The notes below the pieces were generated by a model that was not told where the DNA came from, did no database searches, and saw nothing but the letters and a program-made list of their open reading frames with translations. DNA of 64,000 nucleotides, taken from assembly GCA_020725385.1 (NCBI GenBank), contig DYFC01000034.1, positions 88,007 through 152,006 on the forward strand. The letters are read 5' to 3'. Position 1 is the first letter of the stretch; each line of letters begins with the position of its first letter. This stretch comes from Nitrospira japonica (GTDB taxonomy: Bacteria; Nitrospirota; Thermodesulfovibrionia; Thermodesulfovibrionales; SM23-35). Made by a program: the position numbers and the translations under genes. Below are positions 50,411 through 61,690 of this stretch, in pieces.

Positions 50411-51718
50411 TTATGGTTTAACCTGTGTTTTTGCAAGTCTAATTAAATGTACAATCGGCCTTTTTGAAGGACATACATATGTGCAGCATCCACATTCAAA
50501 ACAATCGAAAAGATTATATTCCTTTGCTCCTTCAAAAAAGCCCCTTTCACTGTAAACACTCAACATAGATGGCATTAATCCCATAGGGCATGCCTCAATG
50601 CATCTTCCGCATCTAATACATGGCCCAAATTTTTCTGTATGCACAATTTCATTTTCGGTAAGAACAGTAATGCCTGAAGTGCCTTTTGTTACAGGCATAT
50701 CGAGTAAAGCTATAGCAAATCCCATCATCGGTCCGCCTGAAATAATTTTTACAGCACTTTCTTTTAGACCGCCACATTCTTCAATAAGATGGGATACGGG
50801 TGTCCCAATTTTTACTAAAAGATTTTTTGGTTCTCTGATGCCTTCACCGGATACAGTAACTACTCTATCAATTAAAGGTTTACCGAACCGGACTGCTTCA
50901 TATATAGCATTGGCGGTACCGGCATTGTGCACAACAACTTTAACATCCATGGGAAGTGCTCTTGGAGGCACTTCTCTTCCTGTAATTGCTTTAATTAACA
51001 TTTTTTCAGCACCCTGTGGATACCGTGTATGCAAAGAGCAGATTTTTATACTATCTGAATCAGAGACAACTTTTTTTAAAGACTCAATAGCTAAAGGCTT
51101 ATTGTCTTCAACGCCAATAAACCCATTGCTTACACCCAATACTTTCATTATTATTTTTAAACCTTCGATAATTTCTGATGGACGCTCAAGCATTAGTCTA
51201 TAATCACTAGTAAGATATGGTTCACATTCAGCGCCATTAATAATGACAGTATCAATAGGTTTTTCTTTTGGCGGAGAAAGTTTAACTATAGCAGGAAATG
51301 TAGCGCCGCCCATTCCAACTATTCCTGCATTTTTAATCTTCTCTTTCATTTCATCAGGACTAAGTTTCATATAATCAGGATTATCTTTTAATAATGTCCA
51401 TTCATCTTTAAAATCATTTTCAATAACCACAGAAGTAACCATTCTTCCCATTACATTTGGAACTTCGATAATTAATATGACTTTCCCCGAGACAGAAGAA
51501 TGCACAGGAGCAGAAACAAATCCTGTTGGTTCACCAATTAATTCGCCTTTTTTAATTTCCTGATTTATTGTGACAACAGGTTTACAGGGTGCTCCAATAT
51601 GCTGGCTCAATGGAATTACAACTTTTTGAGGCTGAGCTATTTCAGTTATTTTTTTATCTGCTGAAAGTTCTTTTTTATCAGCAGGGTGAATACCTCCTTT
51701 AAAGACTGAAAATCCCAC
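50411..51718 (-). CDS. rnfC: Rnf complex subunit C
   Basis: FKGGIHP, GMGGATFP, NGAECEPY, two 4Fe-4S motifs. Confidence 0.95.
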   Translation of the reverse strand: MGFSVFKGGIHPADKKELSADKKITEIAQPQKVVIPLSQHIGAPCKPVVTINQEIKKGELIGEPTGFVSAPVHSSVSGKVILIIEVPNVMGRMVTSVVIENDFKDEWTLLKDNPDYMKLSPDEMKEKIKNAGIVGMGGATFPAIVKLSPPKEKPIDTVIINGAECEPYLTSDYRLMLERPSEIIEGLKIIMKVLGVSNGFIGVEDNKPLAIESLKKVVSDSDSIKICSLHTRYPQGAEKMLIKAITGREVPPRALPMDVKVVVHNAGTANAIYEAVRFGKPLIDRVVTVSGEGIREPKNLLVKIGTPVSHLIEECGGLKESAVKIISGGPMMGFAIALLDMPVTKGTSGITVLTENEIVHTEKFGPCIRCGRCIEACPMGLMPSMLSVYSERGFFEGAKEYNLFDCFECGCCTYVCPSKRPIVHLIRLAKTQVKP

Positions 51719-51949
51719 CTATATAAAATCTCCAAAAAGTTATTGAGTTAAGATATACTGAAGTTAATTCATTATAAATAAACATGCACTACCAAAAGCA
51801 CAAAAGCATGTAATTAATAACACATTATCATGTATAAAATCAAGTAAAAGTAATAACCTTCGAAAATAAAAAATACTATGCTGAAATTATTTTAGCTCCC
51901 GTGCATTTTGAAAGATTTACAACTTTAAGTATGTTATCCGGACTATAGG

Positions 51950-52936
51950 CTAATGGATGATGCTTTTAGATTTTTTCAAGATAATGTCTTTTAAAGCTTC
52001 TATGAATAATGGATGGGTGTTTAAAGAATCAGCTCTTTTCATATTTATACCAAGTTCTTCAGCAAGAGATTTATAAAGTATGTCAATCTCATAAAGTGTT
52101 TCAACATGATCGGAAACAAAGCTTATTGGTACCATTAGAACATTTTTTATTCCCTTTTGAGAAAGCTCTTTAAGCTTATCTTCTGTTGATGGCTCGAGCC
52201 ATTCAACAGGGCCACTCTTGGATTGATAACCAAGATGCCAGTGTATATTAATTCTTTTAGTAATTTCATTTATTGTAGCAATTGTTTGTTTTTCATACGG
52301 GTCACCGGCATCAATTATTTTTTTTGGAAGACTGTGAGCGCTAAAAAGAACATTAATCTCAGAAAGAGAATAAGAGCTTCCATTTCCGGAGAAAGAATCG
52401 AGGCCTTTCCTTATAACATCAACCAATGCATCAATATACAGAGGATGATTATACCATGATTCTATTTTAATAATCTGAAGATCAAATTGCTTTGAAGCTT
52501 CATCAAGTTTTGTGAATGAAGAACCTGAAGTTGTAATTGAATATTGAGGATAAAGACTAAGTGCAATGATTTTTCTGATTCCAACCCGATATATTTCTTT
52601 GACAGTATCATCAATAAATGGATGCCAGTAACGCATACCAACAAAAACCTTGAAAATACTGTCTCCTGTTTTATTTAGAGCATTTTCAAGAGCACTTGCC
52701 TGAGCTTGTGTAATCTCTAGAATGGGTGATTTGCCTCCAATGAGTTTATAATACTTTTCTGTTTTCCTTGACCTGAAGAATGAAATAATACCTGCAATTG
52801 GTTTTTGTAAAAAAGAAGGTCCGAGGCGGATAATCTGTCTGTCAGAGAAAAGATTGTATAAAAATGGACGAACTGCCTGAATTGAATCAGGTCCCCCAAG
52901 ATTGAGGAGCAGAACTGCTGTAATATTTTTCTTCAT
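51950..52936 (-). CDS. hemH: Ferrochelatase
   Basis: LLNLGGP, MRYWHP, FSAHSLP, SFVSDHVETLYE. Confidence 0.94.
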   Translation of the reverse strand: MKKNITAVLLLNLGGPDSIQAVRPFLYNLFSDRQIIRLGPSFLQKPIAGIISFFRSRKTEKYYKLIGGKSPILEITQAQASALENALNKTGDSIFKVFVGMRYWHPFIDDTVKEIYRVGIRKIIALSLYPQYSITTSGSSFTKLDEASKQFDLQIIKIESWYNHPLYIDALVDVIRKGLDSFSGNGSSYSLSEINVLFSAHSLPKKIIDAGDPYEKQTIATINEITKRINIHWHLGYQSKSGPVEWLEPSTEDKLKELSQKGIKNVLMVPISFVSDHVETLYEIDILYKSLAEELGINMKRADSLNTHPLFIEALKDIILKKSKSIIH

Positions 52937-53958
52937 CTGCTGAAAGTATGCACAGCCTCAACGAGAGCGATAACATTCTCAACAGGTGTTTGAGGAAGTA
53001 TTCCGTGTCCTAAATTAAAAATATGTCCTCTTGCAGATTCTCCTTTCCATAATATATCTTTAACTCTGTCTTCAAGCTTTTCTTTAGGTAAAAATAATGC
53101 GCATGGATCAAGATTGCCCTGTATAATTATTTTCTTCCCAAGCTTTTTAATAGCATCGGATAAGTCTATCCTCCAGTCAATTCCAATAATATCAGCGCCG
53201 CATTTTTTTATTTCGCCAAGAATACCAGCACATTCATTTACAAAATAAATTACCGGGGCATCTGTTTTCTTTAATTCCTTTATTATTTTCTTCACATAAG
53301 GCAAAACATAAATGCGGAAATCCTGAGGCGTTAAAATTCCTGCCCATGTATCAAATATTTGAACAGCCTGTGCGCCTGTTTTGATTTGAGCCTGAAGATA
53401 AGCAATAACAGTATCGGTTAGTTTGTCCATAAGGTAAAGGAATGCGGATGAATTCTGAAACATCATCTTTTTTGTATTTACAAAATTTTTTGATGTTCCA
53501 CCTTCAATCATATATGTTGCGAGAGTAAATGGAGAACCTGAAAATCCAATTAATGGCACTTTATTTTCAAGTTCTTTTCTGAGTATTTTTATTGTCTCAA
53601 GTACAAAGGGCAAATCCTGCTCAATTTCAGGCACTATCAATTTATCTACCGCAGATTTATTTCTTACAGGTTCGCTAAGCACAGGGCCTTCTTTTTCTGA
53701 AAATTCAAGACGCATACCCATAGGTTCGACAACTATAAGAATATCGGAAAAAAGTATTGCTGCGTCAACACCTAGTATATCAACAGGTTGAAGAGTAACT
53801 TCCGCTGCAAATTTCGGGTTTTTGCATAGCGTAAGAAAATCTATATTGGATCTGATAGCCTGATACTGTGGCATATATCTTCCTGCCTGACGCATAAGCC
53901 ACACAGGTGTATAGTCGGTTTTTTCACCATAACAAACTTTTAAGAAAGTATCATTCAT
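52933..53958 (-). CDS. hemE: Uroporphyrinogen decarboxylase
   Basis: PVWLMRQAGRY, FNLGHG. Confidence 0.96.
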   Translation of the reverse strand: MNDTFLKVCYGEKTDYTPVWLMRQAGRYMPQYQAIRSNIDFLTLCKNPKFAAEVTLQPVDILGVDAAILFSDILIVVEPMGMRLEFSEKEGPVLSEPVRNKSAVDKLIVPEIEQDLPFVLETIKILRKELENKVPLIGFSGSPFTLATYMIEGGTSKNFVNTKKMMFQNSSAFLYLMDKLTDTVIAYLQAQIKTGAQAVQIFDTWAGILTPQDFRIYVLPYVKKIIKELKKTDAPVIYFVNECAGILGEIKKCGADIIGIDWRIDLSDAIKKLGKKIIIQGNLDPCALFLPKEKLEDRVKDILWKGESARGHIFNLGHGILPQTPVENVIALVEAVHTFSR

Positions 53959-53978
53959 TTCAACTCCCTCCCTCTATT

Positions 53979-55046
53979 TTAGTTTCTAACAGCAAGCTTA
54001 CGGGGTATATACTGGCAGAAAGGTTCTTCGTTAAGATAATCTCCTGATACAGCATAAGCCCTTGCTCTGCATCCACCGCATACATGTATATATTCGCATG
54101 AACCGCATTTGCCTTTATATTTCTTGAAGTCCCTTAATTCTTTGAAAAGCTCTGAATTTTCCCAGATGTCTTTAAATGTTTGTTTTCTTATATTTCCAGC
54201 AGGCTTTGGAAAGTAACTGCATGGCAGAACATTTCCATCAACATCTATTAAAGCAATAAGCTGTCCTGCAATACATCCTTTAGAACCTCCTGTTGAAAAC
54301 TTAAGAGTTCTTCTTTCGAATTTATCACCTTCTTGTTTTGATTTCTGGAGGACAATTCTGTAATAATGAGGTGCGCATGTGGGTCTTACCAGCAAATCTT
54401 TTTCTTCTTTTTCCATTTTGTAATGCCAGTCAAGTATTTCTTCATAGTCTTCTTTTGAAATCAATTCATTCATAATTTCTTCACCCCTGCCGGTTGGAAC
54501 TATCATAAACATATACCATGCAGTTGCTCCGAGTTCCTTTGCGAGACGATAGACTTTTGGAATTTCTTCCTGATTCCTTTTAGTAAATGAAGAATTTATC
54601 AAGAATTCAATCCCGTATTTTTTAAAAAGTTTTGCTGCATTTATTGTTCCTGCGAATGCACCCTTTTGATTTCTGAAATTATCATGTATAGTCTCATTTG
54701 AACCATCAAGACTTAGAGAAACCATCTTTATACCTGCTTCCTTTATTTTGGTGCATATTTCATCATTTACCAATGTCCCGTTTGTCGCAATACACATTCT
54801 CAGACCTTTTTCAGCCCCATATTTAGCTATATCAAAAACATCTTTTCTCAATAAAGGTTCACCACCAGATAATACTATTACAGGTTTTGCATAGGATGAA
54901 ATATCATCAATGATTCTGAAAGCTTCTTCTGTAGAAAAATCAGGATGTGACTGAACTTCGAGAGCTGAAGAAGATCTGCAATGTATGCAGTTTAGATTAC
55001 ATCTTCTTGTGATTTCCCAAGCTATCCATTTAGGTGAAAATTCCAT
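53979..55046 (-). CDS. Radical SAM/SPASM protein, AhbD/NirJ-like (putative coproheme decarboxylase)
   Basis: [32 protein letters not shown] cysteines; operonic with hemE and hemH. Confidence 0.75.
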   Translation of the reverse strand: MEFSPKWIAWEITRRCNLNCIHCRSSSALEVQSHPDFSTEEAFRIIDDISSYAKPVIVLSGGEPLLRKDVFDIAKYGAEKGLRMCIATNGTLVNDEICTKIKEAGIKMVSLSLDGSNETIHDNFRNQKGAFAGTINAAKLFKKYGIEFLINSSFTKRNQEEIPKVYRLAKELGATAWYMFMIVPTGRGEEIMNELISKEDYEEILDWHYKMEKEEKDLLVRPTCAPHYYRIVLQKSKQEGDKFERRTLKFSTGGSKGCIAGQLIALIDVDGNVLPCSYFPKPAGNIRKQTFKDIWENSELFKELRDFKKYKGKCGSCEYIHVCGGCRARAYAVSGDYLNEEPFCQYIPRKLAVRN

Positions 55047-55072
55047 TTAAATTTCTCCTGCGAATACAAAAT

Positions 55073-56716
55073 TTAATATTTTAAAGTTAAATCATCCTGT
55101 AATTTTTGTTGTTTTAAACCCCAGATATTTACTTCTATTGCTTCAAGCAATTCCTTGAATGTTGAAGGATTTAATGCTGAAATTGAAATAGCATTATAAC
55201 GCATCTTAAGATTTCTTACTTCATCTTCAGAGACTTTATCAATTTTGTTGAAAACAAGAATTTTTGGTTTTTCACCAAGACCGAGTTGTCCGAGTATATT
55301 TTCAACCGATTCAATATGCTGTTCAAATCTTGGATTAGAAATATCAACAATATGTAACAGCATATCCGCATCCTCAAGCTCCTCAAGAGTTGATTTAAAA
55401 GCAGCCATAAGGTCTTCTGGTAGATCTCTGATAAATCCAACAGTATCAGTAATTATAATATCTCTATCCTTTGGAAACTTTAGTCTTCTACTTGAAGTAT
55501 CCAGGGTTGCAAAAAGCTTGTCTTCTGTAAAAACAAAGCTTTTAGTTAATGAATTAAGTAAAGTTGATTTGCCTGCATTTGTATATCCAACAATAGATAC
55601 TATTGGAATACCTGTTTCGATACGCCTATGTTTTCTTTGCTTTCTTGCTTCAGCGAGTTCTTTAAGTTTTTTTTCAAGTAAAGTTATTCTATCTCTGACC
55701 CTTCTTCTATCAACTTCGAGTTTCATTTCACCCGGACCTCTTCCACCAATTCCACCCATAAGGCGGGACATAGCTGTGCCTTTACCTGTAAGTCTTGGGA
55801 GCCTGTATTTCAACTGTGCAAGTTCAACCTGAACCTTGCCATCTCTACTATGAGCCCTTCTTGCGAATATATCCAGTATTAATTGAGAACGATCTATAAC
55901 TTTAATCTCTGTAAGATCACTTATCTCTTTAATCTGTGAAGGGCTTAATTCCTGATCAAACACAAGTAGAGTTGCTCCCTTATTTAACGCATTAATAATC
56001 AATTCTTTCAATTTGCCTTCACCCATTAGAAATTTTGGATTTATATTCTTCGGTCTCTGTAAGATTGTATCAAGAACAAGTATATCACTTGATTCAGCAA
56101 GTTCCTTAAGTTCTTCTATGGAATCCTCCTGTTCGTATTTTGATTTTGTAGATACACTTACAAGAATAGCCCGTTCTCTTTTTTCATCAGGATTGAAAAC
56201 CCTGCTTCTTTCCATTTCTTCTTCAAGCGAACCAATAAATTCGCTAAAGTTTAAGTCAAGCATGTAAAAATCTTTATAGGAGTTAATATCTATTGTTTTT
56301 CCAGTTCCGGGTAAAAGGTGAGCAATAAACAAATTTCCGGGTAACCCATCTTTTACGCCAATTGCAGCTATCATATCAAGTCTGAGAAGTGCAAGGTCTG
56401 TAAGGTCGTCCTGGGTGAGATTCTCTTGTTTAAGATGAGTATGAATAAGTCTCAAACCCCTTAATGCTTTTTTGCCGAGAGGGTAATCTTCAAGAGAAGG
56501 AATAAAGATTCCCTTTGAATCTCCAATTATTATATGGGTTATTATTCCGGCTCTATTTATAAGAATTCCAATCTGACGGTTTATTTCAAAAGAAATTTCT
56601 GTAAGAGAACGTGCAAGTTCGGGTGTTATTACTTCACTTATAACTTTTCTTCTGTATAATCTTTCAAGATAATTTATTTGACTGGATTTAAGACCAGTAA
56701 GATTTCCGTATAAAAT
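55073..56716 (-). CDS. hflX: Ribosome-splitting GTPase HflX, long N-terminal form with non-canonical start
   Basis: GYTNAGKST, DKLFATLD, DTVGF, NKID; frame open 87 codons upstream of TTG 56455 (LYGNLTGLK...). Confidence 0.9.
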   Translation of the reverse strand: MLYGNLTGLKSSQINYLERLYRRKVISEVITPELARSLTEISFEINRQIGILINRAGIITHIIIGDSKGIFIPSLEDYPLGKKALRGLRLIHTHLKQENLTQDDLTDLALLRLDMIAAIGVKDGLPGNLFIAHLLPGTGKTIDINSYKDFYMLDLNFSEFIGSLEEEMERSRVFNPDEKRERAILVSVSTKSKYEQEDSIEELKELAESSDILVLDTILQRPKNINPKFLMGEGKLKELIINALNKGATLLVFDQELSPSQIKEISDLTEIKVIDRSQLILDIFARRAHSRDGKVQVELAQLKYRLPRLTGKGTAMSRLMGGIGGRGPGEMKLEVDRRRVRDRITLLEKKLKELAEARKQRKHRRIETGIPIVSIVGYTNAGKSTLLNSLTKSFVFTEDKLFATLDTSSRRLKFPKDRDIIITDTVGFIRDLPEDLMAAFKSTLEELEDADMLLHIVDISNPRFEQHIESVENILGQLGLGEKPKILVFNKIDKVSEDEVRNLKMRYNAISISALNPSTFKELLEAIEVNIWGLKQQKLQDDLTLKY

Positions 56717-56931
56717 TGTCTTGTAAAACCTCCGGCAATTTAATAATTATTGTATTTTATTTTAACCGATTAATGCATATATTGCTCAAAATTTTATTTG
56801 ACCCAATATTTATTTATTAGATAAACATTAAATTTAACTATGGCTCAATTTTTGAAACAAAATAAACTATCACAATATAGTGGAAGATTGATTTATTATG
56901 AGGTGATGTTAGAAATGTTAAGAAAAGATGT

Positions 56932-57363
56932 CTATGTTTGAATAATCTCAAGTTGCTGTTTCGCCTTTTCATTATAGGGTTCAATTTCAAGAACCCGTTT
57001 ATAAAGTAAAGATGCTGTAACCGGATCATCAACCTTAAGATAATTTTCGGCAACAAGTAAGAGTGCCTCGGCGTTTAAATGAGCAAGTGCAAAATTTTTA
57101 TCGAAGACAGCAATTTTGACAAATTCAAAAGCAGCATATTCAGGTTTGCCGATATACAGAAGTAAATTTCCGTAAGCATTTAGCAAATGAAGATTATCGG
57201 GAATGAAATCGAGTGCATTTGAGAGTTTTTCTTGTGCCGATATTAACTTATTATCACGGAAAAATTCATCGGCTTCTTTTATTAAAGTTTTTACAGAGTC
57301 AGAAATATCAACTTGATTTAACAGTTTTTTTAATTCTTCTTCTGGAATAAGGTGTTTATTCAT
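56932..57363 (-). CDS. TPR-repeat protein
   Basis: TPR-like helices (YKRVLEIEPYNEKA). Confidence 0.65.
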   Translation of the reverse strand: MNKHLIPEEELKKLLNQVDISDSVKTLIKEADEFFRDNKLISAQEKLSNALDFIPDNLHLLNAYGNLLLYIGKPEYAAFEFVKIAVFDKNFALAHLNAEALLLVAENYLKVDDPVTASLLYKRVLEIEPYNEKAKQQLEIIQT

Positions 57364-58099
57364 AAATGCTTGATATAAACTTTCTCTTTAAAGCCCGTTT
57401 TTCCTCAAAAATATTTCTATAATCCTGTGATGTCTCGCTGCCGGTACCTTTAATTGTAACTTTAGAAATCACTGTTTCCTTACCATTTTTTGATTTGACA
57501 GTTTTGGTTGAAACAGTGGCAGTATAATTTATATTAAAACCCGCGTACAATTCGTCTCCAAGTGTGAAATAACCGATTGTACTATCGGTAAATTTTCCTG
57601 AAACACCACCTATATAAGCATCTGCGGCAATTGGAGAGATAAAATCAGGAGTTATTCCGGTCACTTTTACTGTTAAAAGTTTACTATTCCATTTAAGATT
57701 TATAGTAATGTATTTAACAGGGTTATAGGATTCTTCAAGTCTGTCAACATAGGATATATTAAATGAAGTCTTCCCAGGAGAATATTTCCAGTCACTTCCT
57801 AATTTTGTTTCAAAAGATAGACCACCTATTTCAAAAATAAATTTTGTTTCGCGGTCAAATTTAGTAATATCAATTCCGCTTAAAGAAATTTTACTTGTAA
57901 CAGTAAATTTACCATTTATAGCACCACCATCACAAAACGGGATGCCCCATAGAATAACACAATCTCCTTTTTGTTGAAAAGTTTCATTAAAATTTAATGA
58001 ATTTGCAGCAAAGCTTATATTAGAATATGTGAAAATAAAGAATAGAGTGGTTGCTATTATAAAAAATATGCCAAGTTTACTTTTCATTTTTGCCTCCAT
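57356..58099 (-). CDS. Hypothetical secreted beta-rich protein
   Basis: Signal peptide ending SFA; no family recognised. Confidence 0.6.
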   Translation of the reverse strand: MEAKMKSKLGIFFIIATTLFFIFTYSNISFAANSLNFNETFQQKGDCVILWGIPFCDGGAINGKFTVTSKISLSGIDITKFDRETKFIFEIGGLSFETKLGSDWKYSPGKTSFNISYVDRLEESYNPVKYITINLKWNSKLLTVKVTGITPDFISPIAADAYIGGVSGKFTDSTIGYFTLGDELYAGFNINYTATVSTKTVKSKNGKETVISKVTIKGTGSETSQDYRNIFEEKRALKRKFISSIYE

Positions 58100-58334
58100 T
58101 TAAATAGATTGATACTTTATGCTGTTTTCCTTCTGTAAAGAAATAAAAATGTTATCAGAACAATTAAATGCTTTATTTTTGTATTAATTAAAGCAACCTG
58201 GCATTATTATATGTAAGCTTTAGTAAGATTTATTTTCTTTATACTTTAAACTAACATAAATGATTTATTTTTTCAACTTAAAAGGGATAATGTTTTCTCA
58301 ATTTATTGATTTCTGATAGAATAAAACACAGGAA

Positions 58335-60218
58335 ATGCAGATTAAACTTACTACAGGAAATATTTTTGATTTAAATAAAGGTGAGACAATTCAGAGTGCC
58401 CTGAAGAGAAACGGTGTTTATCTTGTTGCTTCTTGTGGTGGAAAAGGCATTTGCGGAAAGTGCAAAATAAGAATCCTTGAAGGAAAATACAGAACAGAAT
58501 CAACAGCAAAGCTTACTTCTGAAGAAATAGAACAGGGTTTCGTGCTTGCCTGTAAGACAATTGCCGTGGAGGATGTTACAATTGATATACCTAAAGCTTC
58601 AAGGCTTGTTGTGGGTGATGTTATTGAGATATCGAGAACTAAAGACCTTTTTGAACTTTTTACCTCTATTGAAAAAAATATAACACCTTTAATAAATTGG
58701 CTTGATATTGATATGCCCGAGCCAACACTTGATAATAATATAAGTGATCTGGAAAGACTAAAGAGACGTCTCGAAGAGAAAGGTATAAGTTCAATGGAAT
58801 TCTCTCATGACTTTGTTAGTTCTTTGCCCGAAGTTTTAAGAAATTCTGGATGGAAAATCAAACTTGCATACGTTAATACCGATGCCGGCAAAAAAGCCTT
58901 ATTTATAAAATCTCAGGAAATTGATAAAAGTTACGGGATTGCTGTTGATATTGGCACAACCACAATAGTCTTATACCTTGTAGATTTGTTGAATGGAAAA
59001 GTGATTGACACGGGTTCGACTTATAATTCACAGATAAGATTTGGAGATGATGTAATCACAAGAATCATTCAGGCAACAGAAGGCGGAATGCTTGATGAAA
59101 TGAGGGAAACTGTAATAGACGATGTTAATAATCTGTTACAACCACTTCTCGAAAAATATAATATTTCATCCGACGAAATACACTCTGCAGTGATTGCAGG
59201 TAATACAACCATGTCACATCTTTTCTGGGGAATTAATCCAAGATTTATCAGGGAAGAACCTTATATTCCTGTTTTAAATTCATTCCCTGTATGGGATGCT
59301 GGAACAATTAATTTATCAATAAATAAATACGCTCCTGTTTATACACTTCCATGTGTTGCAAGTTATATTGGTGGAGATATTGTGTCCGGTGTGATTGCAT
59401 CGAAAATGAATAAAAGTAGGAGGATTTCCCTTTTTATGGATATTGGCACCAATGGTGAAATAGTACTTGGAAATGAAGAGTGGCTTGTAACAGCAGCCTG
59501 TTCTGCGGGACCGTGTTTTGAAGGAAGCGGGATAAGACACGGAATGCGGGCGACAGAAGGAGCTATAGAATCTGTGAAAATAATCCCTGAAACACTTGAG
59601 GTTGTTCTTGGAGTTGTTGGAGATAAAAAACCTATTGGAATATGCGGCTCGGGAATGATAGATGCAATTACAGAAATGTTTATTAATGGTGTAATTGATC
59701 AAAAAGGGAAAATTATTAAAAGTAAATTTAATGAAAGGATAAAAGTAGGTTTTGAAGGTCATGAATTTATTTTATACAAAGACGAAAAAAGGGAAATTGT
59801 TCTTACAGAAGTTGATATAGAAAATATTATTAGAGCAAAGGCAGCAATTTTTGCAGGGATTTCCTTACTTCTTAGGGAAACAGGATTTTCCTTTGATGAT
59901 ATTGAAGAGATTTTTATTGCCGGTGGGTTTGGAAATTATTTAAATATTGAAAAAGCGATATTTATTGGAATGCTTCCTGATATTCCGCGAGATAAATTTA
60001 GATTTCTTGGCAATACCTCTGTGGCAGGAGCTTATATGTGTCTTCTTTCTGGAAATATCAGAAAAGAAGCAGAACATGTGGCGGAAAGAATGACCAATAT
60101 AGAGTTATCAGTATCAAGGGGGTTTATGGATGAATATATATCTGCACTTTTTCTACCGCATACAAATATAGAACTTTATCCATCGGTTAAGAGCATATTG
60201 ACACGAAAAATTCTTTAA
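58335..60218 (+). CDS. ASKHA-type ATP-dependent corrinoid reductive activator (RACo/DUF4445)
   Basis: N-terminal 2Fe-2S CGGKGICGKC...C; DIGTTT, DIGTNGE, AGPCFEG, GICGSG, AGGFG. Confidence 0.9.
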   Translation: MQIKLTTGNIFDLNKGETIQSALKRNGVYLVASCGGKGICGKCKIRILEGKYRTESTAKLTSEEIEQGFVLACKTIAVEDVTIDIPKASRLVVGDVIEISRTKDLFELFTSIEKNITPLINWLDIDMPEPTLDNNISDLERLKRRLEEKGISSMEFSHDFVSSLPEVLRNSGWKIKLAYVNTDAGKKALFIKSQEIDKSYGIAVDIGTTTIVLYLVDLLNGKVIDTGSTYNSQIRFGDDVITRIIQATEGGMLDEMRETVIDDVNNLLQPLLEKYNISSDEIHSAVIAGNTTMSHLFWGINPRFIREEPYIPVLNSFPVWDAGTINLSINKYAPVYTLPCVASYIGGDIVSGVIASKMNKSRRISLFMDIGTNGEIVLGNEEWLVTAACSAGPCFEGSGIRHGMRATEGAIESVKIIPETLEVVLGVVGDKKPIGICGSGMIDAITEMFINGVIDQKGKIIKSKFNERIKVGFEGHEFILYKDEKREIVLTEVDIENIIRAKAAIFAGISLLLRETGFSFDDIEEIFIAGGFGNYLNIEKAIFIGMLPDIPRDKFRFLGNTSVAGAYMCLLSGNIRKEAEHVAERMTNIELSVSRGFMDEYISALFLPHTNIELYPSVKSILTRKIL

Positions 60219-60249
60219 ACCAAATATTACAGGCGGTTGGAGGATTTAG

Positions 60250-61434
60250 TTGAAAATAGCATATTTTGATTGTTTTTCAGGCATTAGCGGTGATATGTGT
60301 CTTGGTGCATTTATTGATGCCGGTGTTTCTTTAAGACAACTGAAAAAAGAATTAAAAAAAATACCCGTCTCCGGTTATGCCTTAACTTCAAAAAAAGTTC
60401 AGCGCTCAAATTTTTCGTCTACCAAAGTTGATGTCACTATAAATAAAAAAATCCGGAATGAGAAATATGCCGGTAGAAAATGGTCTGATATAGAGAAGAT
60501 AATAAACAATTCAACCCTTCAAAATAATATTAAAGAAACAGGTCTTAAAATATTCAGAAGAATATTCAAAGCTGAATCTAAAATACACGGGAAAAATATC
60601 GAACAGATTCATCTTCATGAACTTGGTGCGGTTGATTGTATTATTGATATTTTTGGAACATTAATATGTCTCGATATTCTTGGAATCGAAAGAATATTTT
60701 CGTCACCTTTGAATCTTGGCAATGGAAGTATCGAAACAGAACATGGAATTATTCCAGTTCCTTCTCCCGCAGCACTCGAAATATTACAGAAAATACCTGT
60801 GTATTCAAAAGGAATTCCTTTTGAACTTACTACACCAACAGGTGCTGCAATTATAAAAGAATTATCTTCCGGATTTGGTGGTATTCCTGAAATGGAGATT
60901 GAAACAATCGGTTCGGGTGCAGGAAATAGAGATTTTAAAAGCTGGCCTAATGTGTTAAGGATTTTTATCGGAAATAAACCAATATCTGAAATTTATAAAA
61001 ACGAATCAATAATTGTCATTGAAACCAATATAGATGATATGAATCCCCAGATTTATGAATATGTGATTGAAAGGCTTTTTGAAGAAGGTGCTATCGATGT
61101 ATTTCTGACACAAATTATTATGAAAAAAGGAAGACCGGGTGTAAAAATAACAGTTCTTTGCTGCGAAAATAATCTTAATAAACTTGTGGATATACTATTT
61201 AGAGAGACTACTACAATCGGGATAAGATACTATAAAACTGAAAGAAAAATTCTTAAAAGGGAAATTAAAGAGATTAATTCAACTTTCGGCAGGATAAAGG
61301 TTAAAATTTCAGGTAATCAAAACCATATAATTAGATCAATGCCGGAATACGATGACTGTAAAAGACTCGCTAAAAAAAATAAAGTGCCTTTAATAAATCT
61401 TATAAACAACTATATAAAGCTTAATAAAAATTAA
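60250..61434 (+). CDS. larC: Nickel pincer cofactor biosynthesis protein LarC
   Basis: YFDCFSGISGDM, HLHELGAVD, ETNIDD, MKKGRPG, PEYDD. Confidence 0.92.
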   Translation: MKIAYFDCFSGISGDMCLGAFIDAGVSLRQLKKELKKIPVSGYALTSKKVQRSNFSSTKVDVTINKKIRNEKYAGRKWSDIEKIINNSTLQNNIKETGLKIFRRIFKAESKIHGKNIEQIHLHELGAVDCIIDIFGTLICLDILGIERIFSSPLNLGNGSIETEHGIIPVPSPAALEILQKIPVYSKGIPFELTTPTGAAIIKELSSGFGGIPEMEIETIGSGAGNRDFKSWPNVLRIFIGNKPISEIYKNESIIVIETNIDDMNPQIYEYVIERLFEEGAIDVFLTQIIMKKGRPGVKITVLCCENNLNKLVDILFRETTTIGIRYYKTERKILKREIKEINSTFGRIKVKISGNQNHIIRSMPEYDDCKRLAKKNKVPLINLINNYIKLNKN

Positions 61435-61690
61435 AAAGCATTTATTAATAAAAAGCTATATCAATTTTTAATACTGAATGAATTTACGAGATAATAAGCT
61501 CCAAACATTTTCACTCGAAACATAAATCCGAAGCATATTTAACTAATTAAAAATATTATATATTAAGGAGTTATTCATAAAACTTATAGTATTACTATAA
61601 AAATTTTCTTGACTTTTACAAAAAATTTTTTTAATATTGTGAATTATTTATTTTAAATTTATAATAAAAATTATAATAAATTCATAGAAT

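Noticed and set aside
50598-51203. 201-aa plus-strand ORF, and similar antisense ORFs such as 55245-55832 and 59316-59762
   Set aside because: They lie wholly opposite well-conserved genes and show no recognisable motifs.
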